NCBI RefSeq assembly: GCF_963921235.1 | Contig: NC_086098.1 | Span: forward strand, 33,852,001 to 33,916,000 | DNA length: 64,000 bases | Direction: 5' to 3' | Source: Mobula hypostoma | Lineage: Eukaryota | Translations under genes and position numbers: made by a program | Notes under the pieces: model-generated | The model's input: only the letters and a program-made list of their open reading frames with translations | What the model was told of the DNA's origin: nothing | Database searches by the model: none | Shown: in pieces, positions 12,645 through 23,596 of the stretch | Layout: every line of letters begins with the position of its first letter | Numbering within the stretch: position 1 is the first letter of the stretch

Positions 12645-14180
12645 TGCAAACTTTTGGGCCTTAAGATAGATAAGTCTCCTGGTCTTGATGGAATGCATCC
12701 CAGAAAAGGCAGAAGTTATTGTAGAGGCTTTGGTGATAATTTACCAAAATTCTCTGGACTCTGGGCAGGTCCCGGTGGATTAGAGGATGGTGAATGTCAT
12801 GCCACTGTTCAAAAAAGGATGTATGCAAAAGGTAGGTAACTATAGGCCAGTTAGTTTAACATCTGTAGTTGGGAAAGTGCTTGAAGCTATCATTAAAGAA
12901 GAAATAGTGAGGCATCTGGAAAGAAATGGATCCATCAGGCAGCTGCAGCATGGATTCAGCAAAGGCAGGTCCTGTTTGACAAACTTACTGGAGTTCTTTG
13001 AGGATATAACGACTGTAATGGATAGAGGGGAAGAAATGGACGAAGGTGTTCGACATAGTGCCGCATAAAAGACTTGTCCATAAAATAAGGATGCATAGAT
13101 GCTGCTGTATTAGCAGGGATAGAGGATTGACTAACTAATAGAAAGCAGAGAGTTGGGATACATGGGTGTTACTCTGGTTATCAATCAGTGGTGAATGGTG
13201 TGTTGCAGGGGTCGATGGTGGCCCACAACTGTTCATGATATACGTTAATGATCTGCAAGAGGGGGTCGAGTGTAGTCTATCTAAGTTTGCTGATGACACT
13301 AAATTGAATGGAAAAGCAAATTGTGCAGAAGATACAGGGAGTCACAGAGGTATAGATAGGTTAAGTGAATGAGCAAGGATCTGGCAGGTGGAGTACAATG
13401 GTGGTAAATGTGAAAGAGAAATGAAAGAGCAGATTATTATTTAAGTGGTAAAAAATTACAGCAAGCTGCTGTGCAGAGAGACTTGGGAATGCTAGTGTAT
13501 GAATCACAAAAGGTTGGTTTGCAGGTGCAGCAGCCTATCAAGAAGGCAAATGGGATGTTGGCCTTCATTGCTAGAGGGACTGAATTGAAGAGAAGGGAGG
13601 TGGTGCAACTATACAGGGTACTGGTGAGGCCACACCTGGAGTGCTGTGTGCAGTTCTGGTCTCCTTACTTGAGGAAGTATATATTAGCTTTGGAAGGGGT
13701 GTAGAGGAGGTTCACCAGGTTGATTCTAGAGATGAGGGAGTTAGACTATGTGGAGAGATTGTGTTGCCTGGGACTGTATTCGCTGGAATTCAGAAGGATG
13801 AGAAGAGATCTTATAGAAACATATAAAATTATGAAAGGGATAGTTAAGATAGAGGCAGAAAAGTTGTTTCCACTGTTAGGTGAGATTAGAACTGTGGGAC
13901 ATAGCCTCAAGATTCGGGGAGTAGATTTAGGGTGAGATGAGGAGGAACTGCTTTTCCCAGAGAGTGATGAATCTGTGGAATTCTGTGCTCAATGAAGCAG
14001 TAAGTATATTTAAGACAAGGTTGGATAGATTTTTGCACAGTAGGGGAATTAAGGGTTATGGGGAAAAGGCAAGTAGGTGGAGATAAGTTCATGGCCAGAT
14101 CAGCCATGATCTTATTGAACGGTGGAGCGGGCTTGACAGGCCAGATGGCCTACTCCTGCTCCTATTTCTTATGTTCTTAT
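12645..14180 (+). mobile_element. 5'-truncated, frameshifted CR1-type LINE
   Basis: ORFs with KSPGLDGMHPR, NYRPVSLTSVVGK, KFADDTK and RPHLECCVQFWSP; tail ttcttatgttcttat. Confidence 0.9.
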
Positions 14181-14510
14181 TGGCCTGGTAAGCAAAGTGT
14201 ACCATGATGCAACATTGGAAGAAAACTAGGCATTGAATATAGGTAAGATAAAAAGATATTCAAGAAACCTTGCAGCATCCTGTTTCTAAATATCTCTGGG
14301 CTGGAGAACTGCCTTCCACATTGTCACACAATTGCCCGATATAGCTGTACTCACAGAATCGTACCTGGGTTCATCCTATCCTATTAGCAGGACGGAAGCT
14401 ACAGAAGAAACGCTGTAGTATTGTATGATACTACAAGATTTAAAGGACAAGAAACATCCCATTGATTACCTCTGATTGCCATGGTCACTTGGTGAATAAG
14501 CCTCATCTAC

Positions 14511-16655
14511 GTTCAAGTTCAAGTTCAATTTATTGTCACTCAACTGTGCATATGTATACCGCCAAACAAAACAACATGTACAACCCAGTACATATGACTC
14601 ACACATATAACACATAAAGAAATATTACTGCAAATAAATTAACAAATAATAAGGTGCATTTACTACACAAGGTAAAAAGTAAATAGTATAACGCTACTGG
14701 CGCTTCGTACATGATAAGACCTGGGTGGTGGCAAGGAGTCCAGTAGTCTTATAGCCTTGTGGGGGAGAAAAAAAGCTGTTTCCCATCCTAACAGTTCTTA
14801 TCCTAATGCTATGGTACTGCCTGCCTGATAGTAGTGGGTCAAAGAGAATTTGGTTGAATGGGAGGGATCATTGATAATGCTAAAGGCACTGCATATGCAG
14901 CACTCCTGATAAGTATCCTGATAAAGATGGGTGGAAGAGAGATCCTCATGATCCTCTCAGAAGTTCTTGCAATCCTTTGTAGGGACTTGTGGTCAAATGC
15001 CTTGCAATGCAACTCTCAGTGATGCTCCTATGAAGATTGGTTAAAATGGTGGGGTGGGGGGGGGGGTGAGGTGCTCACTAGTCTCAGTATCCTCAGGAAA
15101 TGGAGAAGTTGCTGTGCTTTTTTGACCAAAGAGGTGGTGTTGAGGGACCAGGTGAGATCGTCCCTTATGTGCACTCCCAAAAACTTGGTGCTCCTAATTC
15201 TCTCTGTGGAGAAGCACTGTATGTGCAGTGAGGATAGTAAGCCTGTACCTTCCTAAAGTCTACAATCATCTCTTTGGTCTTGTCCACGTTGAGACTCAAG
15301 TTGCTGTGCTCGCACCGTTCTGCCAACCACTCTACTACTCTCTGTACGCCGTCTTGTATTGTTGTTGATTAGCCAGCCATTGGGTCATCAGCGAACTTGA
15401 TGATTTGTTTGAACTGGATCTAGCAGTGCAGTCATACTTCTGCAGCGTGACCCGCAGTGGGCTGAGCACGCAATTCTGGGGAGCGTGGGTGCTCAGTGTG
15501 ATGGAGTTACAGATGTTGCTGCTAACACAGCCTAACTGTGGCATTTTTGTCAATAAGTCCAAAATCCAGTTACAGAGAAAGGTGCTGAGACCCAATGAGG
15601 ACAGTTTACCCACCAGCTTCTGAAGGGTAGTTGTATTAAATGCCGAGCTGAAGACAATAACCAGCGTCCTGGCACATAAGGCACCATTTTCCAGGTGGGA
15701 CAGAACAAAGTGGGGTGCAGAAGGTATGGCAACATCAGTGGGTGAATTTGAGTGATACAAGAACTGGAAAAGGTCTAATGTAGTACGAAAATGGGATTTA
15801 ATGTATTCCATAATCAGCCACTCAAAGCACTTGATTATTATTGAGCTCTCTGCCACTGGATGACAGTCATTGAGGCAAATTACTGTCACTCTCTTGGGCA
15901 CCGGGATGATAGTGACTGCTTTGAAGCCTGAGGAGACAGTGAACTGATCCAGACAGTTGTTGAAGATGTCTCTTAGAACCTCTGTTAACTAGGCTTTACA
16001 GTCCCTCGTCACCCAACCAGGTACATTATCAGGCCTTGCAGCTGGACATGGGTTGACACTGGCTAGGGTTTTTCTCACATTAGCTGTGGCCTGACAGAGT
16101 GCCTTCTCCCCGGGGTGGGGAGGGGGATGGTCTTCGTCACCGACACATTGTTCCATGCATCAAACCAAGTGTAACATACATTCAGCCTTTCAGGAAGAGG
16201 AGCATCACTGCCGTTGATGTGAAGCATAGACTTGTCATTTGTTATAGTTTGAATGCTCTGCCACATGCCACTCATGTCTCTGGTGTCACAGAAATGGCTG
16301 TATATTCCCATTTTGCCTTCCTGATGGCACAGGAAAACACAACTCTTGCTGACTTGAGATCAGTGTTATCCCCTGATCTGAAGTCAGTATCAGGATTTCT
16401 CAGCTCCGTATGGACCTCTGCTGTCTCACCTGCCCTCACATAGATGTGTTTAATAACAGTGACATCCTCAGTGTACTTCTCTATGCAGCCAATCACAGAT
16501 CTCGCAAGTCCAGCCATGTTAATGTGGTGGTCATAGGTAGCCTCCTCCCTAAACGGGTTACAATCCCGCGAAGCTGAGGTTGCTCTTTCTGGCCAGGTCT
16601 TTATCTTCCTTTGAACTGGTGTGACTCATTTAATCAATGGTTGATATACAGGAGT
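14511..16655 (-). mobile_element. Rex-Babar-like LINE, decayed RT
   Basis: ORF 15335-15901 (CLNDCHPVA...KCFEWL...FSSAFNT...CNWILD...APQNCVLSPL); (ttgaac)n tail. Confidence 0.85.
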
Positions 16656-17180
16656 TAACATAACAGAGAAGTGGTCAGAGAATCTGAGGTGAGAGCGGGG
16701 AGCAGTTTCAACAGTGTTTTGGAAGAAATGCTGATTGTTGCAAGAGAATAGAAATCTCTCTGGGTGGGAACTCGTGCAAGGGGATAAGTCAACTTCATCA
16801 TGACCTCCTCATCCAATTTGTGGCAGATGCATTTCTCCATGACTGGATTGGTAGCAATGTCCTTCAAGGATATACTCCATCATGTAATGTGACACTACCG
16901 TCATGCCAAGTTGAATAGATTCAAAACAAATCTGACAGTTCAAAACAAAACATCTATGGGGCACAGTGGACGCCAGCAGTGGGAATATACATCCCCATAA
17001 TCTGTAACCTCATGGCCCGGTATATCTTTCATTCTTTTGTTATTACCAAATTATTAGATATCAATTCTAGTTTAATGAGAAGTGCAGAAGGATATCTTAT
17101 GTATTGGTGCTCCATCTGTCTGTAAAGCCAAATCCTGTACGTACTGTATGCCTAACTGAGTCTCTGCACACCTACATATA

Positions 17181-17394
17181 CAAACCCCATTTCCAGAAAA
17201 GTTGGGATATTTTCCAAAATGCTATAAAAACAAAAATCTGTGATACGTTAATTCACGTGAACCTTTATTTAACTAACAGAAGTACAAAGAAAAGATTTTC
17301 AATAGTTTTACTGACCAACTTAATTGTATTTCGTAAATATGCACAAATTTAGAATTTGATGGCTGCAACACACTCAACAAAAGTTGGGACAGAG
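17181..17394 (+). repeat. Left TIR of Tc1 with two direct repeats (AAAAGTTGGGA)
   Basis: reverse complement of 20037-20249, roughly 93-94% identical by eye. Confidence 0.92.
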
Positions 17395-17442
17395 TTAAAA
17401 TAAGGTTGAAAAGTGCACAGAATATTCCAGTAACACTGGTTT

Positions 17443-18901
17443 ACATAGAAACATAGAAACATAGAAAATAGGTGCAGGAGTAGGCCATTCGGCCCTTCGA
17501 GCCTGCACCGCCATTTATTATGATCATGGCTGATCATCCAACTCAGAACCCAGCCTTCCCTCCATACCCCCTGACCCCTGTAGCCACAAGGGCCATATCT
17601 AACTTCCTTTTAAACATAGCTAATGAACTGACCTCAACAGTTTGCTGTGGCAGAGAATTCCACAGATTCACCACTCTCTGTGTGAAGAAGTTTTTCCTAA
17701 CCTCGGTCCTAAAAGGCTTCCCCTCTATCCTCAAACTGTGACCCCTCGTTCTAGACCTCCCCAACATCGGGAACAATCTTCCTGCATCTAGCCTGTCCAA
17801 TCCCTTTAGGATCTTATACGTTTCAATCAGATCCCCCCTCAATCTTCTAAATTCCAACGAGTACAAGCCCAGTTCATCCAGTCTTTCTTCATATGAAAGA
17901 CCTGCCATCCCAGGAATCAATCTGGTGAACCTTCTTTGTACTCCCTCTATGGCAAAGATGTCTTTCCTCAGATTAGGGGACCAAAACTGCACACAATACT
18001 CCAGGTGTGGTCTCACCAAGGCCTTGTACAACTGCAGTAGTACCTCCCTGCTCCTGTACTCGAATCCTCTCGCTATAAATGCCAGCATACCGTTCGCCTT
18101 TTTCACCGCCTGCTGTACCTGCATGCCCACTTTCAATGACTGGTGTATAATGACACCCAGGTCTCGTTGCACCTCCCCTTTTCCTAATCGGCCACCATTC
18201 AGATAATAATCTGTTTTCCTATTTTTGCCACCAAAGTGGATAACTTCACATTTATCCACATTAAATTGCATCTGCCATGAGTTTGCCCACTCACCCAACC
18301 TATCTAAGTCACCCTGCATCCTCTTAGCATCCTCCTCACTGCTAACACTGCCACCCAGCTTCGTGTCATCCGCAAACTTGGAGATGCTGCATTTAATTCC
18401 CTCATCCAAGTCATTAATATATATTGTAAACAACTGGGGTCCCAGCACTGAGCCTTGCGGTACCCCACTAGTCACCGCCTGCCATTCTGAAAAGGTCCCG
18501 TTTATTCCCACTCTTTGCTTCCTGTCTGCTAACCAATTCTCCACCCACACCAATACCTTACCCCCAATACCGTGTGCTTTAAGTTTGCACACTAATCTCC
18601 TATGTGGGACCTTGTCAAAAGCCTTTTGAAAATCCAAATATACCACATCCACTGGTTCTCCCCTATCCACTCTACTAGTTACATCCTCAAAAAATTCTAT
18701 GAGATTCGTCAGACATGATTTTCCTTTCACAAATCCATGCTGACTTTGTCCGATCATTTCACCGCTTTCCAAATGTGCTGTTATCACATCCTTGATAACT
18801 GACTCCAGCAGTTTCCCCACCACCGACGTTAGGCTAACCGGCCTATAATTCCCCGGTTTCTCTCTCCCTCCTTTTTTAAAAAGTGGGGTTACATTAACCA
18901 C
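17443..18901 (-). mobile_element. Young 5'-truncated CR1 LINE (copy 1) nested in Tc1; open 452-codon RT and C-terminal ORF
   Basis: ORF 17543-18901 ([30 protein letters not shown]); (tttctatg)n tail; near-identical to 24862-26312. Confidence 0.95.
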
Positions 18902-19007
18902 ATTAGTTTGGAAGACTCCACATTAAGCAGGCTAGTTGGTAGCAGGTGAGGTATCATGACTGGGATAAAAGTAGCGTCCATCAAAGGCTCAGTCTTTGCA
19001 AGCAAGG

Positions 19008-20030
19008 ATGGGTCGTTGCTCACCCTTTTGTGTCAAAATTTGTGAGAGAATTGTTAGTCAGCTCAAAAGGAACATTTCTCAACGTAAGATTGCAGAGAAT
19101 TTAAGTCTTTCAACATCTACAGTACATAATATTATGAAAAGATTCAGAGAATTCAGAGACATCTCAGTGCATAAAGGGCAAGGTCGGAAACCACTGTTGA
19201 ATGCGCATGATCTTCGAGCCCTCAGGCAGCACTGCCTAAGAAACTGTCATTCTACTGTGACAATTATAGCCACCTGGGCTCGGGAGTACTTCGGAAAACC
19301 ATTGTCACTCAACACAGTCCGTCGCTGCATCGAGAAATGCAACTTGAAACTGTATTATGCAAGGAGGAAGCCAAACATCAACTCTATGCAGAAACGCTGG
19401 CGAGTTCTCTGGGCCCAAGCTCATCTCAGATGGACCAAAAGACTGTGGAACCATGTGCTGTGGTCAGATGAGTCCACATTACAGCTAGTTTTTGGAAAAA
19501 ACTGGCGTCGAGTTCTCCGTGCTAAAGATGAAAACAACCATTCAGATTGTTACCAGCGAAAGCTGCAAAAGCCAGCATCTGTGATGGTATGGGGCTGCAT
19601 CAGTGCCCACGGCATGGGTGAGTTGCATGTATGTGAAGGTACCATTGACTCTGAGGCGTGTATTAGGATTTTAGAGAGACATATGTTGCCATCAAGGCAA
19701 CGTCTCTTCCCGGGACGTCCATGCTTATTTCAGCAGGACAATGCCAGACCACGTTCTGCACGGGCTACAACAGTGTGGCTTTGTAGACATAGAGTGCGTG
19801 TGCTTGACTGGCCTGCTGCCAGTCCAGACCTATCTCCTATTGAAAATGTGTGGCGCATCATGAAGAGGAGAATCAGACAACGAAGACCACAGACTGTTGA
19901 GCAGCTGAAGTCATATATCAAGCAAGAATGGACAAAATTTCCAATTGCAAATCTACTACAATTAGTACCCTCAGCTCCAAAACGATTAAAAAGTGTTATT
20001 AAAAGGAAAGGTGATGTAACACAATGGTAA
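19008..20030 (+). CDS. Tc1 transposase, DD34E, 340 aa from ATG 19008
   Basis: paired-like HTH N-terminus, GQGRKP linker, WSDES, VMVWGC, FQQDNA, SPDLSPIE with 34 residues between D2 and E; no stops or frameshifts. Confidence 0.93.
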   Translation: MGRCSPFCVKICERIVSQLKRNISQRKIAENLSLSTSTVHNIMKRFREFRDISVHKGQGRKPLLNAHDLRALRQHCLRNCHSTVTIIATWAREYFGKPLSLNTVRRCIEKCNLKLYYARRKPNINSMQKRWRVLWAQAHLRWTKRLWNHVLWSDESTLQLVFGKNWRRVLRAKDENNHSDCYQRKLQKPASVMVWGCISAHGMGELHVCEGTIDSEACIRILERHMLPSRQRLFPGRPCLFQQDNARPRSARATTVWLCRHRVRVLDWPAASPDLSPIENVWRIMKRRIRQRRPQTVEQLKSYIKQEWTKFPIANLLQLVPSAPKRLKSVIKRKGDVTQW

Positions 20031-20036
20031 ACATGC

Positions 20037-20249
20037 CTCTGTCCCAACTTTTGTTGAGTGTGTTGCAGCCATCAAATTCTAAATTTGTGTATGTTTACAA
20101 AATACAATTAAGTTGGTCAGTAAAACGATTAAAAATTTTTCTTTGTACTTTTGTAAGTTAAATAAAGGTTCATGTGAATTAACATATCACAGATTTTTGT
20201 TTTTATTGCATTTTGGAAAATATCCCTACTTTTCTGGAAATGTGGTTTG
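20037..20249 (-). repeat. Right TIR of Tc1
   Basis: reverse complement of 17181-17394; starts 6 bp after the transposase stop codon. Confidence 0.92.
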
Positions 20250-20439
20250 TATCATATACCTATATTCACTACTCTAGGCACTTGTTACACCAGGAGGTGG
20301 AGTGTGGACCATCTACAGAACACACAGCATTCCAACAACACTCCCAGTTAGCAGTTTCAACCACCAAGAACAGGTGGGAAAACTTCCTTCTGAAGGTTCC
20401 TTTCCAAATTGCCACCATCCTCACTTGGAATTCATCTCT

Positions 20440-21330
20440 AACAGGATCCCACAACCAAGCACATCTTACCCTTCGCCCCCCCCACCCTACCGTGTAGGGT
20501 AGGGATCACACCCTACACGCCTCCCTTGACCAATTTGTCACTCCCCACTGAGTGCCACAACTGCCCCTAAACCTCCTCCCTCAGTACCATTCACGGTCCC
20601 AAATAGTCCTTCCAGGTGAGGCGACACTTCACCTGTGAGTCTGTTGGGGTCGTACACTGTATCCGGTGTTCCTGGTGTGTGGCCTCCTGTTAGATCCGAT
20701 GTAGATCGGGAGACCACTTCACTGAGCAACTATGCTCCATCCACCAGAAAAAGTGGGATCTCCTGGTGGCCACCCATTTCAATTCTATTTCCCATTCACA
20801 TTTGGACATGTCAGTCCATGGCTTCCACTACTGTTGCGATAGGCCACACTCAGGTTGTAGGAGCGACTCGTTATATTCCGTCTGGGTAGTCTCCAACCTA
20901 ATGGCATGAACATTGATTTCTCGAACTTCAGGAACTCCCTTCGCCATTACCATTCCAGTTTCCTCTTCTCACCTTATCTCTTACCTGCCCATCACCTCCC
21001 TCTGGTGCTCCTCCCCCTTCTCTTTTATCCATGGCCTTCTGTCCTCCCCTATCAGATTCCCCCTTCTCCCGCCCTTTATCTCTTTTCACCTATCAGCTTC
21101 CCAGCTCTTTACTTCACCGCAGCCCCTCTACAGGTTTCACCTATCACCTACCACCTAGTATTTCTTCTTCTCCTCCCCACCTTCTTGTTCTAATTTCTCA
21201 TCTTTTTTTCTCGTCCTGAGGAAGGGTCTCGGCCTGAGACGTCAACTCTTTTCCATAGATGCTGTCTGACCTGCTGAGTTCCTCCAGCATTTTGTGTGTG
21301 TTGCTTGGATTTCCAGCATCTGCAGTTTAG
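20440..21330 (+). mobile_element. Penelope-like element 3' fragment (GIY-YIG remnants plus tail with degenerate hammerhead)
   Basis: FQVRRHFTCESVGVVHCIRC-like frame at about 20610-20680; LQPNGMNIDFSNF end; cctgaggaagggtctcggcctgagacgtc at about 21215. Confidence 0.75.
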
Positions 21331-21929
21331 TATTGGTGTTCTTTTACTGTTGCTGGCCTAAATCCTGAATCTTCCTATCTAACAGCATTGTAGTGGTATC
21401 TGCATCAGGGGACTATGATGGACAGCAATGCCCAGAACTTGGAAAACGAATAAATAAAATAAAGATGATACCTACATCTGTAACAGGAGTGACAATGCTG
21501 AGATTTTATCACTATGGGAAATGTGTTTTTCCATCACTGATGTAATGGAAAATTCACATTGAGGAAATATGTATTATTCAGTAAACTTAAAAGGTGAAAC
21601 TGATATCATTCACTGGAATGACACTTAATCCTTGGGAGAAATTCAACTCTGCTCGCACTGTATATAGAGTTGTACAAAAATTCAGTCTTTTACAGAAGTA
21701 AATTTTAAACCTATTTAATAACCATTTTATGAAGTAATATTACAAATAAGCAGGTATTTAAGATAAAACAAAAACGACATTATTACTTCAATGCTTATCG
21801 TTTTTGCATATACATATGGTGCGGATTCAGTTCATTCACAGAATAAGAATGTGACTAACAAGATCAGGAATGGTCTAGAAGGAGGGAATCTTGTTTGAAT
21901 ATTGTAAAATAGATTATTTCAGTAATTAA

Positions 21930-23405
21930 ATTTGGTGACATCCCAGAAAACTGGAGAATAACTAAAGTTATTCCATTGTTCAGAAAGGGTAACAGAGAAA
22001 AAAAATCAGGAAATTGTAACCTAGTTACTCTGTGATCTGTGGCAGATTATTGGCGAAGATTCTTAGGGATAGGATGTACTGTACTTTCTTCTGGAAAAAC
22101 ATGAACATTAGGGCAAGTTGGCACAACTTTGTACAGGGGTGATTCTGTCTCACAGGTTTTTTAAGATAGTTAAAAACGAGTAATGATGATAGTGCAGTAG
22201 ATGCTGTCAGTGTAGAATTTAGTAAAGCATTTGATAAGGTCCTTCATACTAGGTTGGTCCAGAAGATTAAGGCACATGGGATTTCCAGTGCAATGATAAG
22301 TTGGATACAAAATTGACCTGGTCATAGAAGACATAAGGTAAGGCTGGAGGGGTATTTCTCTGAGTGGAGGTCTCTCATAAGTGGTATTCTGCAAAGATCA
22401 ATGCCTAAACCTCATATATATAATAGATATACATATAGTATATAGGTGGTCTGATATTAAGTTTGCAGAGACACCAATATTGATGTATTGGGAGGAAAGT
22501 TGTCAAAGGGTACAGTAGACTGTAGATCAATAAGAAATTAGAGGAGAAATGAGATGGTTCAGGGTATTGAGTATAAAAGTTTGCAAGTTATGTTGCAGCT
22601 ATATAAAACTTTGAAGGGTCATGCCCTGAAATCTCAACTATTTATTCATTTCCATGGGTGCTGCTCGACCTGCTGAGCTCCTCTAACATTTCAAGGTTCA
22701 TTTATTCATTTATTATTATGGTATGCAACTCTGAGATCCTTCTTCTCTCGGTAGCCATGAAACTGTGACAGAAAAGAAAGGCAGCATGATCATCAACCAT
22801 TTTATGTGTGTTGCTCTGGATTTCCAGCATCTGCAGAATTTCTGTGTGTATAAATCTTTAGCTATGATTATTGGGCATTTGGACTATTATGTATGGTTCT
22901 GGTTGCCACAATTTAGGAAGGATGTGGAGGCTTTCAAAAGAGCAGAGATTCAACCAGAATGTTGACTGGTTTGGAGTTTATTAGCTATGAGGAGAGGTTA
23001 GTCAAACTCCATTTGTTTTTACTGTAGTGACAGGAGCTGAGGGGTGTGCTGATAGAGGTATATAAAATTACTAGAGGTATGGATAGAGTAGATAGAGTCT
23101 TCTTCCTTAGGTGGAAATGTCAACTAGTAGAGAGCATAGGTTTAAAGTAAGAAGAAGAAAATTTGTCGATGTGGGCGACAATTTTTTTTTGCACTGAGTG
23201 CTAGGCGCTTGGAACACACTGCCAGAGGAGGTGGTGGTAGCAGATACAATAGCAACATCTGAGTCTTTTAGACAGTCACGTGAACATGCAGGGAATCAAG
23301 AGATACAGACCAAATGAACGCAGATGGGATTAGTTAGACCGGTATCATGGTCCGCACAGAAGTGTTGGGCCAAGGGGTATATTCCTGTACTTGACTGTTC
23401 TATGT
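21930..23405 (+). mobile_element. Old decayed CR1 LINE with nested Penelope-tail and Rex-type-tail fragments (22612-22850)
   Basis: degenerate ENWRITKVIPLFRKG, FSKAFDKV and YYVWFWLPQFRKDVE motifs. Confidence 0.75.
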
Positions 23406-23466
23406 TTAGGCCACAGCAATAATTTTGTAGCTTCAAAATAATAGTGCAATTTATCTTCTATCCCAG

Positions 23467-23542
23467 AGAGCTGAGCGCCAAACTCGGACGATGGATTCAT
23501 CTCAGTATGCAGAGTACTGTGAGAGCCGCCAGCTCAGTTTTG
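23467..23542 (+). CDS. SUPT3H: SUPT3H internal coding exon ([25 protein letters not shown]), phase 0 to 1
   Basis: tcccAG acceptor, G|GTGAGT donor; highly conserved SPT3 motif Y-x-E-[YF]-CESRQLSF. Confidence 0.96.
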
Positions 23543-23596
23543 GTGAGTACAATCTGATTTTAGTAAGCAGATTTGGAGATTATTATATTACAGATA

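Larger units (their letters stand above)
12420..17020 (+). mobile_element. Old LINE 5' portion (SINE-like leader plus AP-endonuclease remnants) split by CR1 (12645-14180) and Rex-Babar (14511-16655) insertions
   Basis: leader ttcaaatccc...cccatctggttcac...tgtggttgactcttaaatgccc; PDIAVLTESYLG at about 14335-14370; decayed endonuclease-like sequence resumes at about 16660. Confidence 0.5.
17181..20249 (+). mobile_element. Full-length Tc1 (IR/DR type) DNA transposon with TA target duplication, carrying a nested CR1
   Basis: TA|CAAACCCCATTTCCAGAAAAG...CTTTTCTGGAAATGTGGTTTG|TA; about 214-bp TIRs; about 1.6 kb after removing the CR1. Confidence 0.95.

Noticed and set aside
15049-15067. G-rich run with G-quadruplex potential
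   Set aside because: Homopolymer expansion inside a decayed LINE; no evidence of function
17925-18629. Antisense ORFs of 93 and 134 aa, recurring at 25130-25834 and 46259-46540
   Set aside because: Shadow frames of the CR1 RT; they recur only because the LINE copies are near-identical
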